Shown here: positions 9,455 to 19,503 of the stretch, piece by piece
Layout: the number at the start of each line of letters is the position of its first letter
Numbering within the stretch: the stretch's first letter is position 1
Assembly (NCBI GenBank): GCA_041640435.1
Contig: JBEQAH010000001.1
Coordinates: 1-40,301, forward strand
Length of the DNA stretch: 40,301 nucleotides
Direction: 5' to 3'
Source of the DNA: a bacterium
Lineage (GTDB): Bacteria; Sysuimicrobiota; Sysuimicrobiia; Sysuimicrobiales; Sysuimicrobiaceae
Position numbers and translations under genes: made by a program
Notes under the pieces: model-generated
Told to the model about the DNA's origin: nothing
Database searches by the model: none
Seen by the model: the letters and a program-made list of their open reading frames with translations, nothing else

Positions 9455-9937
9455 ATGGGGGTGACGGTGTCACAGCTTGAGGAGTGGGCGGTCCGGCAGC
9501 TGGTAGCCGTCCTGCAGGAGGCGTTTGAGGGAACCAACAGGGGCTGGAGCTACTTCACGGATGGCCCACCGGCCGGTTTCGTGGGCAGTCTGGAGTCGCT
9601 GTCAGCGGAGGAGGCTTCGCAGCCTGTGGCCGGAAGCTCCGTGGCCGCGCACGTCTATCACGTCAACTTCGCCATGGACGCGTATCGGGACTGGATCCGC
9701 GGCGACCGGACCCGGAGGGACTGGGCCGAGAGCTGGCGCGTGCAGACCGTGGACGCGGAGGGGTGGCAGCGGCTCCTGCAGGACATGCGCCGCGCCCACC
9801 TGGAGCTGCGTGAGGCGATCCAGGTTGGCGCGACCTCGAGCGAGGAGGCATTCGGGGCAGCGGTGGCGTCTGTGGCGCACTGCGCGTACCACCTGGGTGC
9901 CGTGCGGCAGAAGCTGGCGGTGTTCAGATGCCGCTAA
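9455..9937 (+). CDS. DinB-superfamily (DinB_2-like) four-helix metal-binding protein
   Basis: 160 aa and helical, with spaced His residues (AAHVYHVNFAMD ... VAHCAYHLGAV) as in the DinB/YfiT fold. The assignment is by pattern only. Confidence 0.55.
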   Translation: MGVTVSQLEEWAVRQLVAVLQEAFEGTNRGWSYFTDGPPAGFVGSLESLSAEEASQPVAGSSVAAHVYHVNFAMDAYRDWIRGDRTRRDWAESWRVQTVDAEGWQRLLQDMRRAHLELREAIQVGATSSEEAFGAAVASVAHCAYHLGAVRQKLAVFRCR

Positions 9938-10818
9938 AGAGACCCGGCGTCCTCCACGACCCAAAAGGCCGCGGACCAAGCCCTCCCTGCAGAGCGGCCC
10001 AAGCACTCCACCCGCACGAAGCCATCTCCGGCGTTCGGCTCGTACTCCGCCGCTCCCCGATGAGTTTCCAGGCGTAGGTGGCCCTGGGCATCGAAAAAGC
10101 GCACCACGGCCGCATCGCTCTCCACCACCACGGCACCGCGCCGCACCCCGAACCGGGCCTGTGGGCCTGTGGTGGCGTACACCGACCCCCGCCGCAGGGC
10201 GTCCACGAGCGCCCGAGCGTCCAGCCGCTCGGTCCGGACCACCGCCCACGCCCGGCCGAACTGATGGTCCCGGTGAAGGTCGTCCGAGGCCACGGGCGAG
10301 ACGGGATGGCTCGGGCCGTGGGCGCGTACGGCTTCCACCCATAGCTGCGTGTCGGCGTCCGGGTCGGAGTGGGGGTTCCACACCTCCACGAACCGAAAGC
10401 CCCGCAGGCGGCGGATCTCGGATCGCCTCCACCGCCCGGTCCAAAGGTTCCCCGTCCACGAAGGATGGTTGAGGCCTGCGACGCCACCCACTGCCTCCAC
10501 TTTGGCGAACACGTCTTCGGGGGACCGACCCTTGGGCAGCCGCGACACACACAGACAGCCCACGTGGGGCCCCAGGGGACGCACGGGTCTAGGGACGGTC
10601 ACCTCCACCCCGGAGACTACGCAGACCTCGTGATCCGACAGCCCTGTGGCGTCCGTCACCACGTTGTGGTCCGTGAGCGCCACGAAGCTGAAGCCGCGGG
10701 ACCTGTACCGCTCCACCACCGCCTGAGGAGCCCACTGACCGTCCGAGGCCGTGGTGTGGCAGTGCAGCTGCGCCTTTCGGTCCTGCCCGCCGCAATCGTA
10801 GGGGTCCAGAACGCGCAT
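9934..10818 (-). CDS. PHP-domain metal-dependent phosphoesterase
   Basis: PHP motifs are QLHCHTTASDG, FVALTDHN, LNHP and VEVWN. I start at the ATG at 10818 (MRVLDPYD...). The longer track ORF to 10878 would overlap the divergent moaDE start. Confidence 0.75.
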   Translation of the reverse strand: MRVLDPYDCGGQDRKAQLHCHTTASDGQWAPQAVVERYRSRGFSFVALTDHNVVTDATGLSDHEVCVVSGVEVTVPRPVRPLGPHVGCLCVSRLPKGRSPEDVFAKVEAVGGVAGLNHPSWTGNLWTGRWRRSEIRRLRGFRFVEVWNPHSDPDADTQLWVEAVRAHGPSHPVSPVASDDLHRDHQFGRAWAVVRTERLDARALVDALRRGSVYATTGPQARFGVRRGAVVVESDAAVVRFFDAQGHLRLETHRGAAEYEPNAGDGFVRVECLGRSAGRAWSAAFWVVEDAGSL

Positions 10819-10853
10819 CCTGGAGTATTGTGCGCCACCCGGATGAACCGGGG

Positions 10854-10859
10854 TAGAAT
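10854..10859 (+). promoter_or_regulatory. possible -10 box (TAGAAT) for the moaD-moaE/ABC transcription unit
   Basis: TAGAAT lies 13 nt upstream of the ATG at 10873, inside the 54-bp divergent gap. There is no convincing -35. Only a weak AGGA lies before the start. Confidence 0.25.
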
Positions 10860-10872
10860 GCCGGCAGGACCC

Positions 10873-11559
10873 ATGCACATCCGCGTGCGACTCTTCGCCG
10901 CTTACCGGGAGGCCGTGGGCGCATCAGCCCTAGACCTGGAGCTGGAAGGGGAGGCCACGCCTGCCCGCGCCTGGGAACGATTGCGCCACCTGCACCCGGT
11001 CCTGACCCGGTTGCCCGGGCCCGCCTTCGCCGTGGACGACCGCTACGTGCCCGCCGATCACCCGCTGCGGGAGGGCGACGAGGTGACCCTGATCCCGCCG
11101 GTGAGCGGCGGGAGCGCGCACGTGGACCTGGTCCAGTCCCCCATCGACGTGCAGGGCCTGCTGCGCCGCGTCCGCCACCCCAACGCAGGCGCGGTCGTGC
11201 TGTTCCTGGGCACGGTCCGGGACAACGCCGAGGGTCCCCGGGTCCAGTACCTGGACTACGAAGCCTACGAAACGCTGGCCCGGGCGGAGATGGAGCGGAT
11301 CGCGAAGGAGGCGGAGCGGCGGTGGCCGGTGCTCGGGATTGCGCTGGAGCACCGGGTGGGCCGGTTGGAGGTGGGCGAGGTGAGCGTGGCGGTCGCGGTC
11401 TGCGCGCCGCACCGCCGGGAGGCGTTCGAAGCAGGTCGGTTTCTCATCGACGCCTTGAAGGCGCGGGTCCCCATCTGGAAGAAGGAGGTGTGGGAGAGCG
11501 GCTCCCGCTGGGTGGGCGCGGAGCCGGCAGGAGAAGAGTCAGGTGAACGCGTACTGTGA
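10873..11559 (+). CDS. molybdopterin synthase, MoaD-MoaE fusion protein
   Basis: The N-terminal 80 aa, MHIRVRLFAAYREAVG...EGDEVTLIPPVSGG, form a MoaD/ThiS-type module ending in Gly-Gly. It is directly followed by a MoaE-like domain (AGAVVLFLGTVRDN...YEAYETLA...IALEHRVGRLEVGEVSVAVAV...PIWKKE). The upstream part of the 10369..11559 track ORF is Pro/Arg-rich and overlaps the PHP gene. Confidence 0.85.
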   Translation: MHIRVRLFAAYREAVGASALDLELEGEATPARAWERLRHLHPVLTRLPGPAFAVDDRYVPADHPLREGDEVTLIPPVSGGSAHVDLVQSPIDVQGLLRRVRHPNAGAVVLFLGTVRDNAEGPRVQYLDYEAYETLARAEMERIAKEAERRWPVLGIALEHRVGRLEVGEVSVAVAVCAPHRREAFEAGRFLIDALKARVPIWKKEVWESGSRWVGAEPAGEESGERVL

Positions 11560-12382
11560 CGGCAAGATGACGGGTGGGGTCCCCCTGGTGGACGTAATCT
11601 TGGATGTCCGCCATCTCAATTTGCGGTTTGCGGGACTGGTGGCGGTTTCCGACCTGTCCTTCGCGTTGCACGCGGGGGAGCTGCTGGGGATCATCGGGCC
11701 CAACGGTGCGGGCAAGACCAGCGTGTTGAACTGCATCAACGGCTTCTACCGGCCTCAGGCGGGCCGCATCCGCTTCCTGGACCGGGACATCACGCGTCTT
11801 CCGCCCCACACCCGGGCGGCATTGGGGATCGCCCGCACGTTCCAGAACATCGCCCTGTACCCGCACATGACCGTGCTGCAGAACATCCTGTCCGGCCGCC
11901 TCGTGCACATGCGCTCCTCCCTGCTGGCCTGCGGAGTGTACTGGGGCTTCGGCCAGCGAGAGGTCCTCCGCCACCGGGAGCGGGTGGAAGAGATCGTGGA
12001 CTTCCTGGAGATCGAGGCTCACCGCGACGCCCGGGTGGGCGAGCTGCCCTACGGGATCCAGAAGAAGGTAGAGCTGGGACGGGCGCTGGCCATGGAGCCC
12101 CGCCTGCTCCTGTTGGACGAGCCCATGGCGGGCATGACGGTGGACGAGAAGCTGGACATGGCCCGCTACATCCTGGAGCTCCGAGAGGTCCAGGGCCTTC
12201 CCATGATCCTCATCGAGCACGACATGGGGGTCGTGATGGATCTGTGCGATCGCGTTTTGGTCATGGACTACGGCCGGAAGATCGCCGAGGGCCTGCCGGA
12301 GGAGATCCAGAACCACCCGGACGTGATCCGCGCATACCTGGGGGAGGAGCACGGGCTGGCGGAGGAGGTGGCTGGCCGGTGA
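11543..12382 (+). CDS. ABC transporter ATP-binding protein, LivG-like (HAAT family)
   Basis: Walker A is GPNGAGKTS, the signature is YGIQKKVELGRAL and Walker B is LLLLDEPMAGM. The GTG at 11543 has AGGAG 9 nt upstream. The ATG at 11567 is an alternative start. Confidence 0.88.
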   Translation: MNAYCDGKMTGGVPLVDVILDVRHLNLRFAGLVAVSDLSFALHAGELLGIIGPNGAGKTSVLNCINGFYRPQAGRIRFLDRDITRLPPHTRAALGIARTFQNIALYPHMTVLQNILSGRLVHMRSSLLACGVYWGFGQREVLRHRERVEEIVDFLEIEAHRDARVGELPYGIQKKVELGRALAMEPRLLLLDEPMAGMTVDEKLDMARYILELREVQGLPMILIEHDMGVVMDLCDRVLVMDYGRKIAEGLPEEIQNHPDVIRAYLGEEHGLAEEVAGR

Positions 12383-14346
12383 GTCGTCCGATTGTCCTGG
12401 AGCGCGCCGCTCCCAGCCTCGAGGCCCGGGAGGCGTACCTGCGAGAGCTCGATACCTTCCCCAAGCGCCTGCTGCACAACGCGGAGCGCTTCGGGGATCG
12501 GGTGGCGTTTCGCGAAAAGGAGTTCGGCATCTGGCAGGAGATCACGTGGCGGCAGTACCTCGAGCATGTCCGGGCATGTGCCGGCGGGCTTCTCGCCTTA
12601 GGGATGCGACGGGGCGACGTGGTCGCCCTGGTGGGGGACAACCGGCCCGAGCTGTACTACCTGGCCATGGCGGCGCAGGCTCTGGGGGGAGTCTCCTGCG
12701 GCATGTACCAGGACACCCTGGCGGAGCAGCTGGCGGAGCTGGTGGACTTCGCGGACGCCCGCTTCGTGTTCTGCGAGGACCAGGAGCAGGTGGACAAAGT
12801 CCTGGCCATGGAGGGCCGCCTCCCGAAGGTGGAACGGGTCGTGGTGGACGACTGGCGCGGCATGTGGCGGTACCACCACCCGAAGCTGGTGCGGTTCTCC
12901 GAGCTACAGGCTCTGGGCCGCGAGCTCCTCGCCCGGGATCCGGACCGGTTCCTCCAGGAGGTCGCTCAGGGGCGCGGGGACGACGTGGCCATTTTCTGCC
13001 TGACGTCCGGCACCACCTCCCTGCCCAAGCTGGCCATGCTCTCCCACCGCAACCTCCTGGCGCAGGGGGAGAACTTCCTGGCGGTGGAGCCGCACGTCTC
13101 ACCCCAAGACGAGTTCGTGAGCTTCCTGCCCTTCGCGTGGATCGGGGAGCAGATGATCTCCTACACGCTGCACCAACTGGTGGGGTTCGTGGTGAACTTC
13201 CCGGAGGAACCCGAGACGGCCCAACGGGATTTGCGGGAGATCGGGCCCCACTTCATGTTCGCGCCGGCGCGGATCTACGAGGGCCTGCACTCCGCGGCCA
13301 CCGTGCGCGTGCTGGACGCGGGGCCTGTCCGACGCCGGGTGTACGAAGCGGCCATGAAGGTGGCGGGCCGGGTGGTGGACGCGCAGGCGGCGGGGAACCC
13401 CGTTCCCTGGTGGCTGCGGGCTTTGTGGTGGCTGGGCTACTGGACCGTGTACCGGCCTCTGCTGGACAAGATGGGCCTGGTCCGGATGCGGGTGGCGTGG
13501 AACGGGGGCGCTTCCCTGGGCCCGGACTACTTCCGCTTCTTCCGCGGCCTGGGGTTGAACCTGAAGCAGATCTACGGGCAGACGGAGATCGCGGGGATCT
13601 CGTGCGTGCACCGGGATGGCCAGGTGCGCTTCTGGACCATGGGCGCCCCCATCGCGAACACGGAGATCCGCGTCACCGAGGACGGCCAGATCATCAGCCG
13701 CAGCCCCTCGGTGTTCCTGGGGTACTACAAGAATCCGGAGGCCACCCGGCGCGCCCTGAGGGACGGCTGGCTGTACTCGGGGGACACCGGGGTGCTGGAC
13801 CCCAGCGGGGACATCATCCTGTTCGACCGCAGCGACGACATCATCGCCCTGCAGGACGGCACCCGCGTGCCTCCCCGGGTGATCGAGGATATGCTGAAGT
13901 TCACCCCGTACGTGCAGCACGCCATGGTCCTCGGTGAAGGGAAGCCTTACCTGGCTGCGATCCTCAACATCGACTTCCAGAACGTGGGCAAGTGGGCGGA
14001 GGACCGGGGGATCGCGTACACCTCGTACATGGACCTCTCGCAGAAGCCCCAGGTGCTAGACCTCCTGCAGCAGTTGGTGCGGGAGACGAATGCACGCCTG
14101 CAGCCGACCTGGAGGGTGCGAGCCTTCATCTCCCTGTACAAGGAGTTTCACCCGGACGACGACGAACTCACTCGAACCCGCAAGCTGCGGCGCCGGCACA
14201 TCCTGGATCGGTACCGGGACCTGGTGGAGGCCATGTACGCGGGGGCGGACCGCTTCCAGGCCACGGTCAGCGTGCGCTACGAGGACGGCCGGGTGGCCAC
14301 CCTGCATCCCCTGTTGGAGATCCGCAGGCTCGAAGGCGACGCATGA
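12379..14346 (+). CDS. long-chain/aryl acyl-CoA synthetase (AMP-binding) embedded in the ABC transporter operon
   Basis: Motifs are LTSGTTSLPKLAMLSHRNL, IYGQTE and GWLYSGDTGVLDPSGDIILFDRSDD. The GTG start forms a GTGA overlap with the livG-like stop. The upstream part of the track ORF (from 12244) is in-frame read-through of the livG-like 3' end. Confidence 0.85.
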   Translation: MSRPIVLERAAPSLEAREAYLRELDTFPKRLLHNAERFGDRVAFREKEFGIWQEITWRQYLEHVRACAGGLLALGMRRGDVVALVGDNRPELYYLAMAAQALGGVSCGMYQDTLAEQLAELVDFADARFVFCEDQEQVDKVLAMEGRLPKVERVVVDDWRGMWRYHHPKLVRFSELQALGRELLARDPDRFLQEVAQGRGDDVAIFCLTSGTTSLPKLAMLSHRNLLAQGENFLAVEPHVSPQDEFVSFLPFAWIGEQMISYTLHQLVGFVVNFPEEPETAQRDLREIGPHFMFAPARIYEGLHSAATVRVLDAGPVRRRVYEAAMKVAGRVVDAQAAGNPVPWWLRALWWLGYWTVYRPLLDKMGLVRMRVAWNGGASLGPDYFRFFRGLGLNLKQIYGQTEIAGISCVHRDGQVRFWTMGAPIANTEIRVTEDGQIISRSPSVFLGYYKNPEATRRALRDGWLYSGDTGVLDPSGDIILFDRSDDIIALQDGTRVPPRVIEDMLKFTPYVQHAMVLGEGKPYLAAILNIDFQNVGKWAEDRGIAYTSYMDLSQKPQVLDLLQQLVRETNARLQPTWRVRAFISLYKEFHPDDDELTRTRKLRRRHILDRYRDLVEAMYAGADRFQATVSVRYEDGRVATLHPLLEIRRLEGDA

Positions 14347-15266
14347 CCCCACAGTTCATCCTCGAGGGGACCGTGGTGGGCCTGGCCGTGGGTTCCATCT
14401 ACGCCCTGATCGCGGTGGGCTTCGCGGTGCTGTACAAGTCCACCAAGATCCTGAACCTGGCCCACGGAGAGCTCGTGCTGTTCGGCGGCTACCTGGCCAT
14501 CGCCCTCACCACCGCGGCGGGCTCGCTGCCGGTTCCCGTGGCTTTCGCGCTGGGGGTCGCGGGCACGCTGGTGGCCGCAGCGGTTCTGGGTTTTGGGGTG
14601 GAGCGGGCGGTGATGCGGCCTCTGTTCGGACAACCCCTGCTGTCGGTGATCATCGTGACGCTGGCCCTGGGCTACGTGATCCGGGGGATCATGGTGGGGA
14701 TCTGGAGCGGGGAGACCCGCACGTTCCCGCCGGTGGTGCCGCCGGTCACCGTCCGGGTCGCGTCCGTTCCGGTGCCCCTCGTGGGGGTGTGGAGTGCGGC
14801 GGCGGCGGTGGCCTTGCTGGTCCTCCTCACTTTGTTCTTCCGGTACACCCGTTGGGGGGTGTCCATGCGAGCCGCGGCCAATGAGCAGCTCACCGCCTCG
14901 AGTCTGGGCGTGAGCCTGAGGCGGGTGTTCGCGTACGCCTGGGCCTTCGCGGCGATCACGGGCGCGGTGGGCGGCATCCTCCTTGGCTTGTGGCTCGGGG
15001 TGAACTTCGCCCTGGCCGCGGTCGGGCTCAAGGCGTTGGCGGCGCTCATCCTGGGCGGGCTGGACAGCATCCCGGGCGCCATCTTGGGCGGGCTTGCGGT
15101 GGGCGTGCTGGAGACCATCGTGGGGGGGTACATCGATGCCCACGTGCGCTTGTTCGGACATCCCCTCCACGGCTTCAAGGAGGTCACGGCATACCTGGTG
15201 ATCCTGCTCGTCCTCATGATCCGGCCCTACGGGCTGTTCGGCACCGAGCACATCGAGCGCTTGTAA
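14343..15266 (+). CDS. ABC transporter permease, LivH-like
   Basis: MTPQFILEGTVVGLAVGSIYALIAVGFAVLYK is a typical LivH N-terminus. The product is polytopic. The start forms an ATGA overlap with the ligase stop. Confidence 0.88.
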   Translation: MTPQFILEGTVVGLAVGSIYALIAVGFAVLYKSTKILNLAHGELVLFGGYLAIALTTAAGSLPVPVAFALGVAGTLVAAAVLGFGVERAVMRPLFGQPLLSVIIVTLALGYVIRGIMVGIWSGETRTFPPVVPPVTVRVASVPVPLVGVWSAAAAVALLVLLTLFFRYTRWGVSMRAAANEQLTASSLGVSLRRVFAYAWAFAAITGAVGGILLGLWLGVNFALAAVGLKALAALILGGLDSIPGAILGGLAVGVLETIVGGYIDAHVRLFGHPLHGFKEVTAYLVILLVLMIRPYGLFGTEHIERL

Positions 15267-15279
15267 GGGGGAGGGGGCG

Positions 15280-16323
15280 TTGGCGTACGCGCGACCCTGT
15301 GGAGACTTCAAGACCTCCTACGCGCAGGATGTGGCTTTGCTCGACGTGCGCCTGTACCGGGTGGGCTTCCTCCTGCTCGTGGCGGGCCTGCTGGCGGCGC
15401 CGTGGCTGCTGGGCCGTTGGCTGTTCCTACTGAACGACATCGCCATCTTCGCCATCGGCGCCACCGGACTGTCCCTGGTGATGGGGTTTGCGGGCCAGAT
15501 CTCCCTGGGGCACGCGGCCTTCATGGCGGTGGGCGCGTACACCTCCTGGTTCGTCACCGCGGAGCTTCGGTGGCCCTTCGTGGTCGCCCTGCCCGCCAGC
15601 GGTCTGGTGGCATTTGTGGTGGGAGCGGTGGTGGGGCTTCCGTCCCTGAGGATCAAGGGCCTGTACCTGGCCATTGCCACCCTGGCCTTCCAGTTCCTCG
15701 TGGAGTACCTGATCGTACAGACGGTGAGCGGCATGGGCGGCACGCCCGTTCCGCCCATGGACCTTTTGGGCGTCCCCGTGAACACCGAGGTCCGGTTCTA
15801 CTACCTGGCGCTGGCGGTGTGGGTGGGTGGCGCGGTGCTGGCGACCAACCTGACCCGCACGCGGGTGGGCTTGGCCCTCATGGCGGTGCGGGACCGGGAC
15901 TACGCGGCCCAGGTGCTGGGCGTGAACCTGTTGTACTACAAGACCCTGGCGTTCGCTCTGGGCGCGGCGTACGCGGGGGTGGCGGGAAGCCTTTTCGCGC
16001 ACTACAACCGGGTGATCGGCGCCGAGCACTTCAGCCTGGCGCAGTCCATCGACTACGTGGCCATGCTGGTGATCGGCGGCTTGGGAAGCGTGTGGGGTCC
16101 CCACCTGGGCGCCGCCTTCGTCCGCAGCCTCACCCAGGTGCTGAAGATCGCAGCTCCCCTCCTGGCCGCCACCGTACCCATGCTGGGGCGGGCGACCACC
16201 TCCCTGCGGGAGGTGGTGTTCGGGGCCATCCTCATCGCCCTGTTGATCTGGGAACCCGGGGGGCTCGCCACCTTGATCCGCAAGCTCAAGCGCTACGTGG
16301 ACCTCTGGCCCTTCCCGCACTAG
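15280..16323 (+). CDS. ABC transporter permease, LivM-like
   Basis: 347 aa and polytopic. It has the LivM-like core GQISLGHAAFMAVGAYT and uses a TTG start 13 nt after the livH-like stop. Confidence 0.85.
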   Translation: MAYARPCGDFKTSYAQDVALLDVRLYRVGFLLLVAGLLAAPWLLGRWLFLLNDIAIFAIGATGLSLVMGFAGQISLGHAAFMAVGAYTSWFVTAELRWPFVVALPASGLVAFVVGAVVGLPSLRIKGLYLAIATLAFQFLVEYLIVQTVSGMGGTPVPPMDLLGVPVNTEVRFYYLALAVWVGGAVLATNLTRTRVGLALMAVRDRDYAAQVLGVNLLYYKTLAFALGAAYAGVAGSLFAHYNRVIGAEHFSLAQSIDYVAMLVIGGLGSVWGPHLGAAFVRSLTQVLKIAAPLLAATVPMLGRATTSLREVVFGAILIALLIWEPGGLATLIRKLKRYVDLWPFPH

Positions 16324-16335
16324 GGGCCGCGGGGT

Positions 16336-17121
<786 letters not shown>

Positions 17122-17125
17122 CGGC

Positions 17126-18388
17126 TCAGAATCCCAGCCAGTCCTTGCGCCGCTCCACCGTGACCTGCTCCACGAACCGGATCCGCCCGCCCTGGATCTG
17201 CATGATGCGGGTGGTGGTGGACGGCCGGTGGTCCTCCCGCGTCAGGGTGATGGGGGGCGCCAGCCCCTCCGGATCCCAGTTCCGGATGAGCTCCAGGGTC
17301 GCCCGGATGGACGCCCCCGTGAGCCCGAGCCGCGCGTAGGTGGCCCAGTTGTCCACCACGGTCTCCAGGGCCTTGCGCAACAGGTACACGTTCAGCCATC
17401 CTCGGATGTACGAGGCGATGTAGGGGGTGTTCACCGTTCCCCATTCGAACCTCGGGACGTCTCTGCCCTGAAACCGGCGGTAGGCGTCGAAGATGGTCCG
17501 CATGCCCGGCACCGGCTCGCCGTAGTACACGTGCGGGGTGGAACCGTAGACTCCCTCTGCTCCCGCGCCGATGCGCTTGATCATGCTCTCATCGAAACCC
17601 CACACATTGACGAACCACCGCGCCCTGGCGCCCACCTGCTTGGCGTCCCGGACCGTGACCGAGGCAGAACTCGTGGTGCCCCCAAACCACGCGAAGTCCG
17701 CACCCTGATCCCGGATGGCGGTGACCTGGGAGCGGGCCTCCAGGGCGGTCAAGGCCACGATCTGGTCCGGGAGAACCTCAAACCCCAGCTCCTGGGCGTA
17801 CGCCTTGCCCGCGGGGATGGGCGCCCGACCGTACGGGTGGTCCGGGTAAACGAACACGAACTTGGGCCGGGCGATCCTCTCCTTCCGGGCGAGCTCCCGA
17901 GCGAACTTGAGCACCGCCCGCAGCTGGTCGGAGTAGCTGGACACCGGGTAGAAGTTGTAGGGCGTCTTGGAAGGGTCGTTCAGGTGGGAGGAGTAGGAGG
18001 CGGAGATGAAGGGGATCTGGTCTGCCGCCACCTGCTCTTTGAGGGCCTCGGTGTCGTTGGTGCCCCAGCCGATGATGGCCACCACCTTGTCCACGTCCCG
18101 GTACTTGCGGTACAGGGCCAGGCTCTCGGGGATCCTGTACGCGTAGTCGGCCCACACGAAGTCGATCTTCACCTTACCCCGGATCCCGCCCAGCACTTCG
18201 TTGATGTACCGAACGTGGTCCAGCGCTCCCTTGGAGTAATCTACGCCGACGTCCGAGGTCGGCCCCGTGAGATCGAAGATCGCCCCGACCTTGATGCTGG
18301 AGGGTAACGGCGGCACCTGCGCCGTCGTGGGCGAGGCCACCGCCAGCACCAACAAGAGGAGCCCGGGAACCCACCAGCGTCCTCGCAT
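17126..18388 (-). CDS. periplasmic substrate-binding protein (type I PBP, LivK-like) of the HAAT ABC system
   Basis: 420 aa. The cleavable signal peptide MRGRWWVPGLLLLVLAVASPTTAQV has no lipobox Cys. IKVGAIFDLTGPTSDVG is typical of Leu/Ile/Val-type binding proteins. The RBS GGGGGTGAGG precedes the ATG. Confidence 0.85.
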   Translation of the reverse strand: MRGRWWVPGLLLLVLAVASPTTAQVPPLPSSIKVGAIFDLTGPTSDVGVDYSKGALDHVRYINEVLGGIRGKVKIDFVWADYAYRIPESLALYRKYRDVDKVVAIIGWGTNDTEALKEQVAADQIPFISASYSSHLNDPSKTPYNFYPVSSYSDQLRAVLKFARELARKERIARPKFVFVYPDHPYGRAPIPAGKAYAQELGFEVLPDQIVALTALEARSQVTAIRDQGADFAWFGGTTSSASVTVRDAKQVGARARWFVNVWGFDESMIKRIGAGAEGVYGSTPHVYYGEPVPGMRTIFDAYRRFQGRDVPRFEWGTVNTPYIASYIRGWLNVYLLRKALETVVDNWATYARLGLTGASIRATLELIRNWDPEGLAPPITLTREDHRPSTTTRIMQIQGGRIRFVEQVTVERRKDWLGF

Positions 18389-18465
18389 ACCTCACCCCCT
18401 CTGCGGCCTAGCCTATGTGGCTCGGCGTATTTCTGCGCAGCGGGAGCTAACTCCTGCCAGAGCTC

Positions 18466-19503
18466 CTAAGGGACCAGAATGACCTTCCCGAAGTGCTGAC
18501 CGGACTCTAGGTACGCGTGAGCCTCGCGCACCTGGGTTAGGGCGAACACGCGGTCGACCACGGGGCGCAGGATTCCCGCGCGCAGCAACGGGAGGAGCTC
18601 GTGCATCTCCCCCTTCCCCCCTACCCACGTACCGTGAATGCTCAGGGCACGGCCGAAGACGTACCGGAGATTGGTCTGCGCCAGGGGCCCGGAGGTGGCG
18701 CCGCACGTCACCAGCCGTCCGCCCCTGGCGAGGGCCTTCAGGCTCACTTCCCAGGTCGTCGCGCCCACGTGCTCAAACACCACGTCGACCCCGCGCCGGC
18801 GGGTGAGCCGGCGCACCTCTTCCAGTACATCCTGCGTTCGGTAGTTAATGCCCTCGTCTGCCCCGAGCTCTCGGGCCCGGTGCAGCTTCCGGTCGTCCCC
18901 GGCGACGGCGATCACCCGGGCGTGGTGCGCCTTCGCGATCTGAATGGCCGCACTCCCCACGCCGCTCCCCGCACCCCACACCAGGACGTCCTCCCCAGGC
19001 CGGACGCGGGCGTGGGTCACCAGCATGTTCCACGCGGTCAGGAACACGAGGGGAAAAGCCGCAGCGTCTTCGAAGGAAAGCCCAGGTGGTTTGGGCAGCA
19101 GGTTCGCTTCAGGCACCACGACAAACTCCGCGTCCGTACCGTCCCGGTGCTCGCCCAGGAGGCCGTACTCGGGACAAAGGTTGTCCCGACCTGCCACGCA
19201 GTGGGCGCACACGCCACACGAGACCCCGGGACTCAGCATCACCTCGTCGCCTGGCCGAGCGAACCTCACGCTAGGCCCCACCGCGTCCACGACACCGGCC
19301 CCGTCCGAGCCCAGGGTGAGGGGCAGAGGGAACCGCACCCCCGGAATCCCCCTGCGCACCCACAGGTCCAGGTGATTCATGGCAGCGGCGAGAACCCGCA
19401 CCCGCACCTGTCCGGGCCCTGGCTCCGGAAGGGAAACCTCCTCAAGCCGCAGCACCTCAGGGCCCCCGTGCTCGTGCACGCGCACCGCTCGCACGATCCT
19501 CAC
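18466..19503 (-). CDS. zinc-dependent medium-chain alcohol dehydrogenase / oxidoreductase
   Basis: The structural-Zn Cys cluster is SCGVCAHCVAGRDNLC and the Rossmann motif is VWGAGSGVGSAAIQ. The GTG start forms a GTGA overlap with the upstream gene. Confidence 0.88.
   Translation of the reverse strand: MRIVRAVRVHEHGGPEVLRLEEVSLPEPGPGQVRVRVLAAAMNHLDLWVRRGIPGVRFPLPLTLGSDGAGVVDAVGPSVRFARPGDEVMLSPGVSCGVCAHCVAGRDNLCPEYGLLGEHRDGTDAEFVVVPEANLLPKPPGLSFEDAAAFPLVFLTAWNMLVTHARVRPGEDVLVWGAGSGVGSAAIQIAKAHHARVIAVAGDDRKLHRARELGADEGINYRTQDVLEEVRRLTRRRGVDVVFEHVGATTWEVSLKALARGGRLVTCGATSGPLAQTNLRYVFGRALSIHGTWVGGKGEMHELLPLLRAGILRPVVDRVFALTQVREAHAYLESGQHFGKVILVP

Noticed and set aside
9934-9937. The convergent DinB-like and PHP genes share overlapping stop codons (CTAA: TAA on the plus strand, TAG on the minus strand).
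   Set aside because: The overlap is real but is a trivial consequence of compaction. No functional implication can be supported.
9525-10552. 315-aa plus-strand and 316-aa minus-strand ORFs with extreme Pro/Arg/Gly content.
   Set aside because: They are shadows of the DinB-like and PHP genes. No domain signal is present.
10369-10872. The upstream 168 codons of the 396-aa ORF that contains MoaD-MoaE.
   Set aside because: This part overlaps the PHP gene on the opposite strand and has no MoaD similarity. The MoaD module starts cleanly at ATG 10873.
18441-18466. The hairpin GGAGCT-N12-AGCTCC between the Zn-ADH stop and the livK-like start, considered as an intrinsic terminator.
   Set aside because: The stem is only 6 bp, the loop is 12 nt, and no U-tract follows. 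This is too weak to call.
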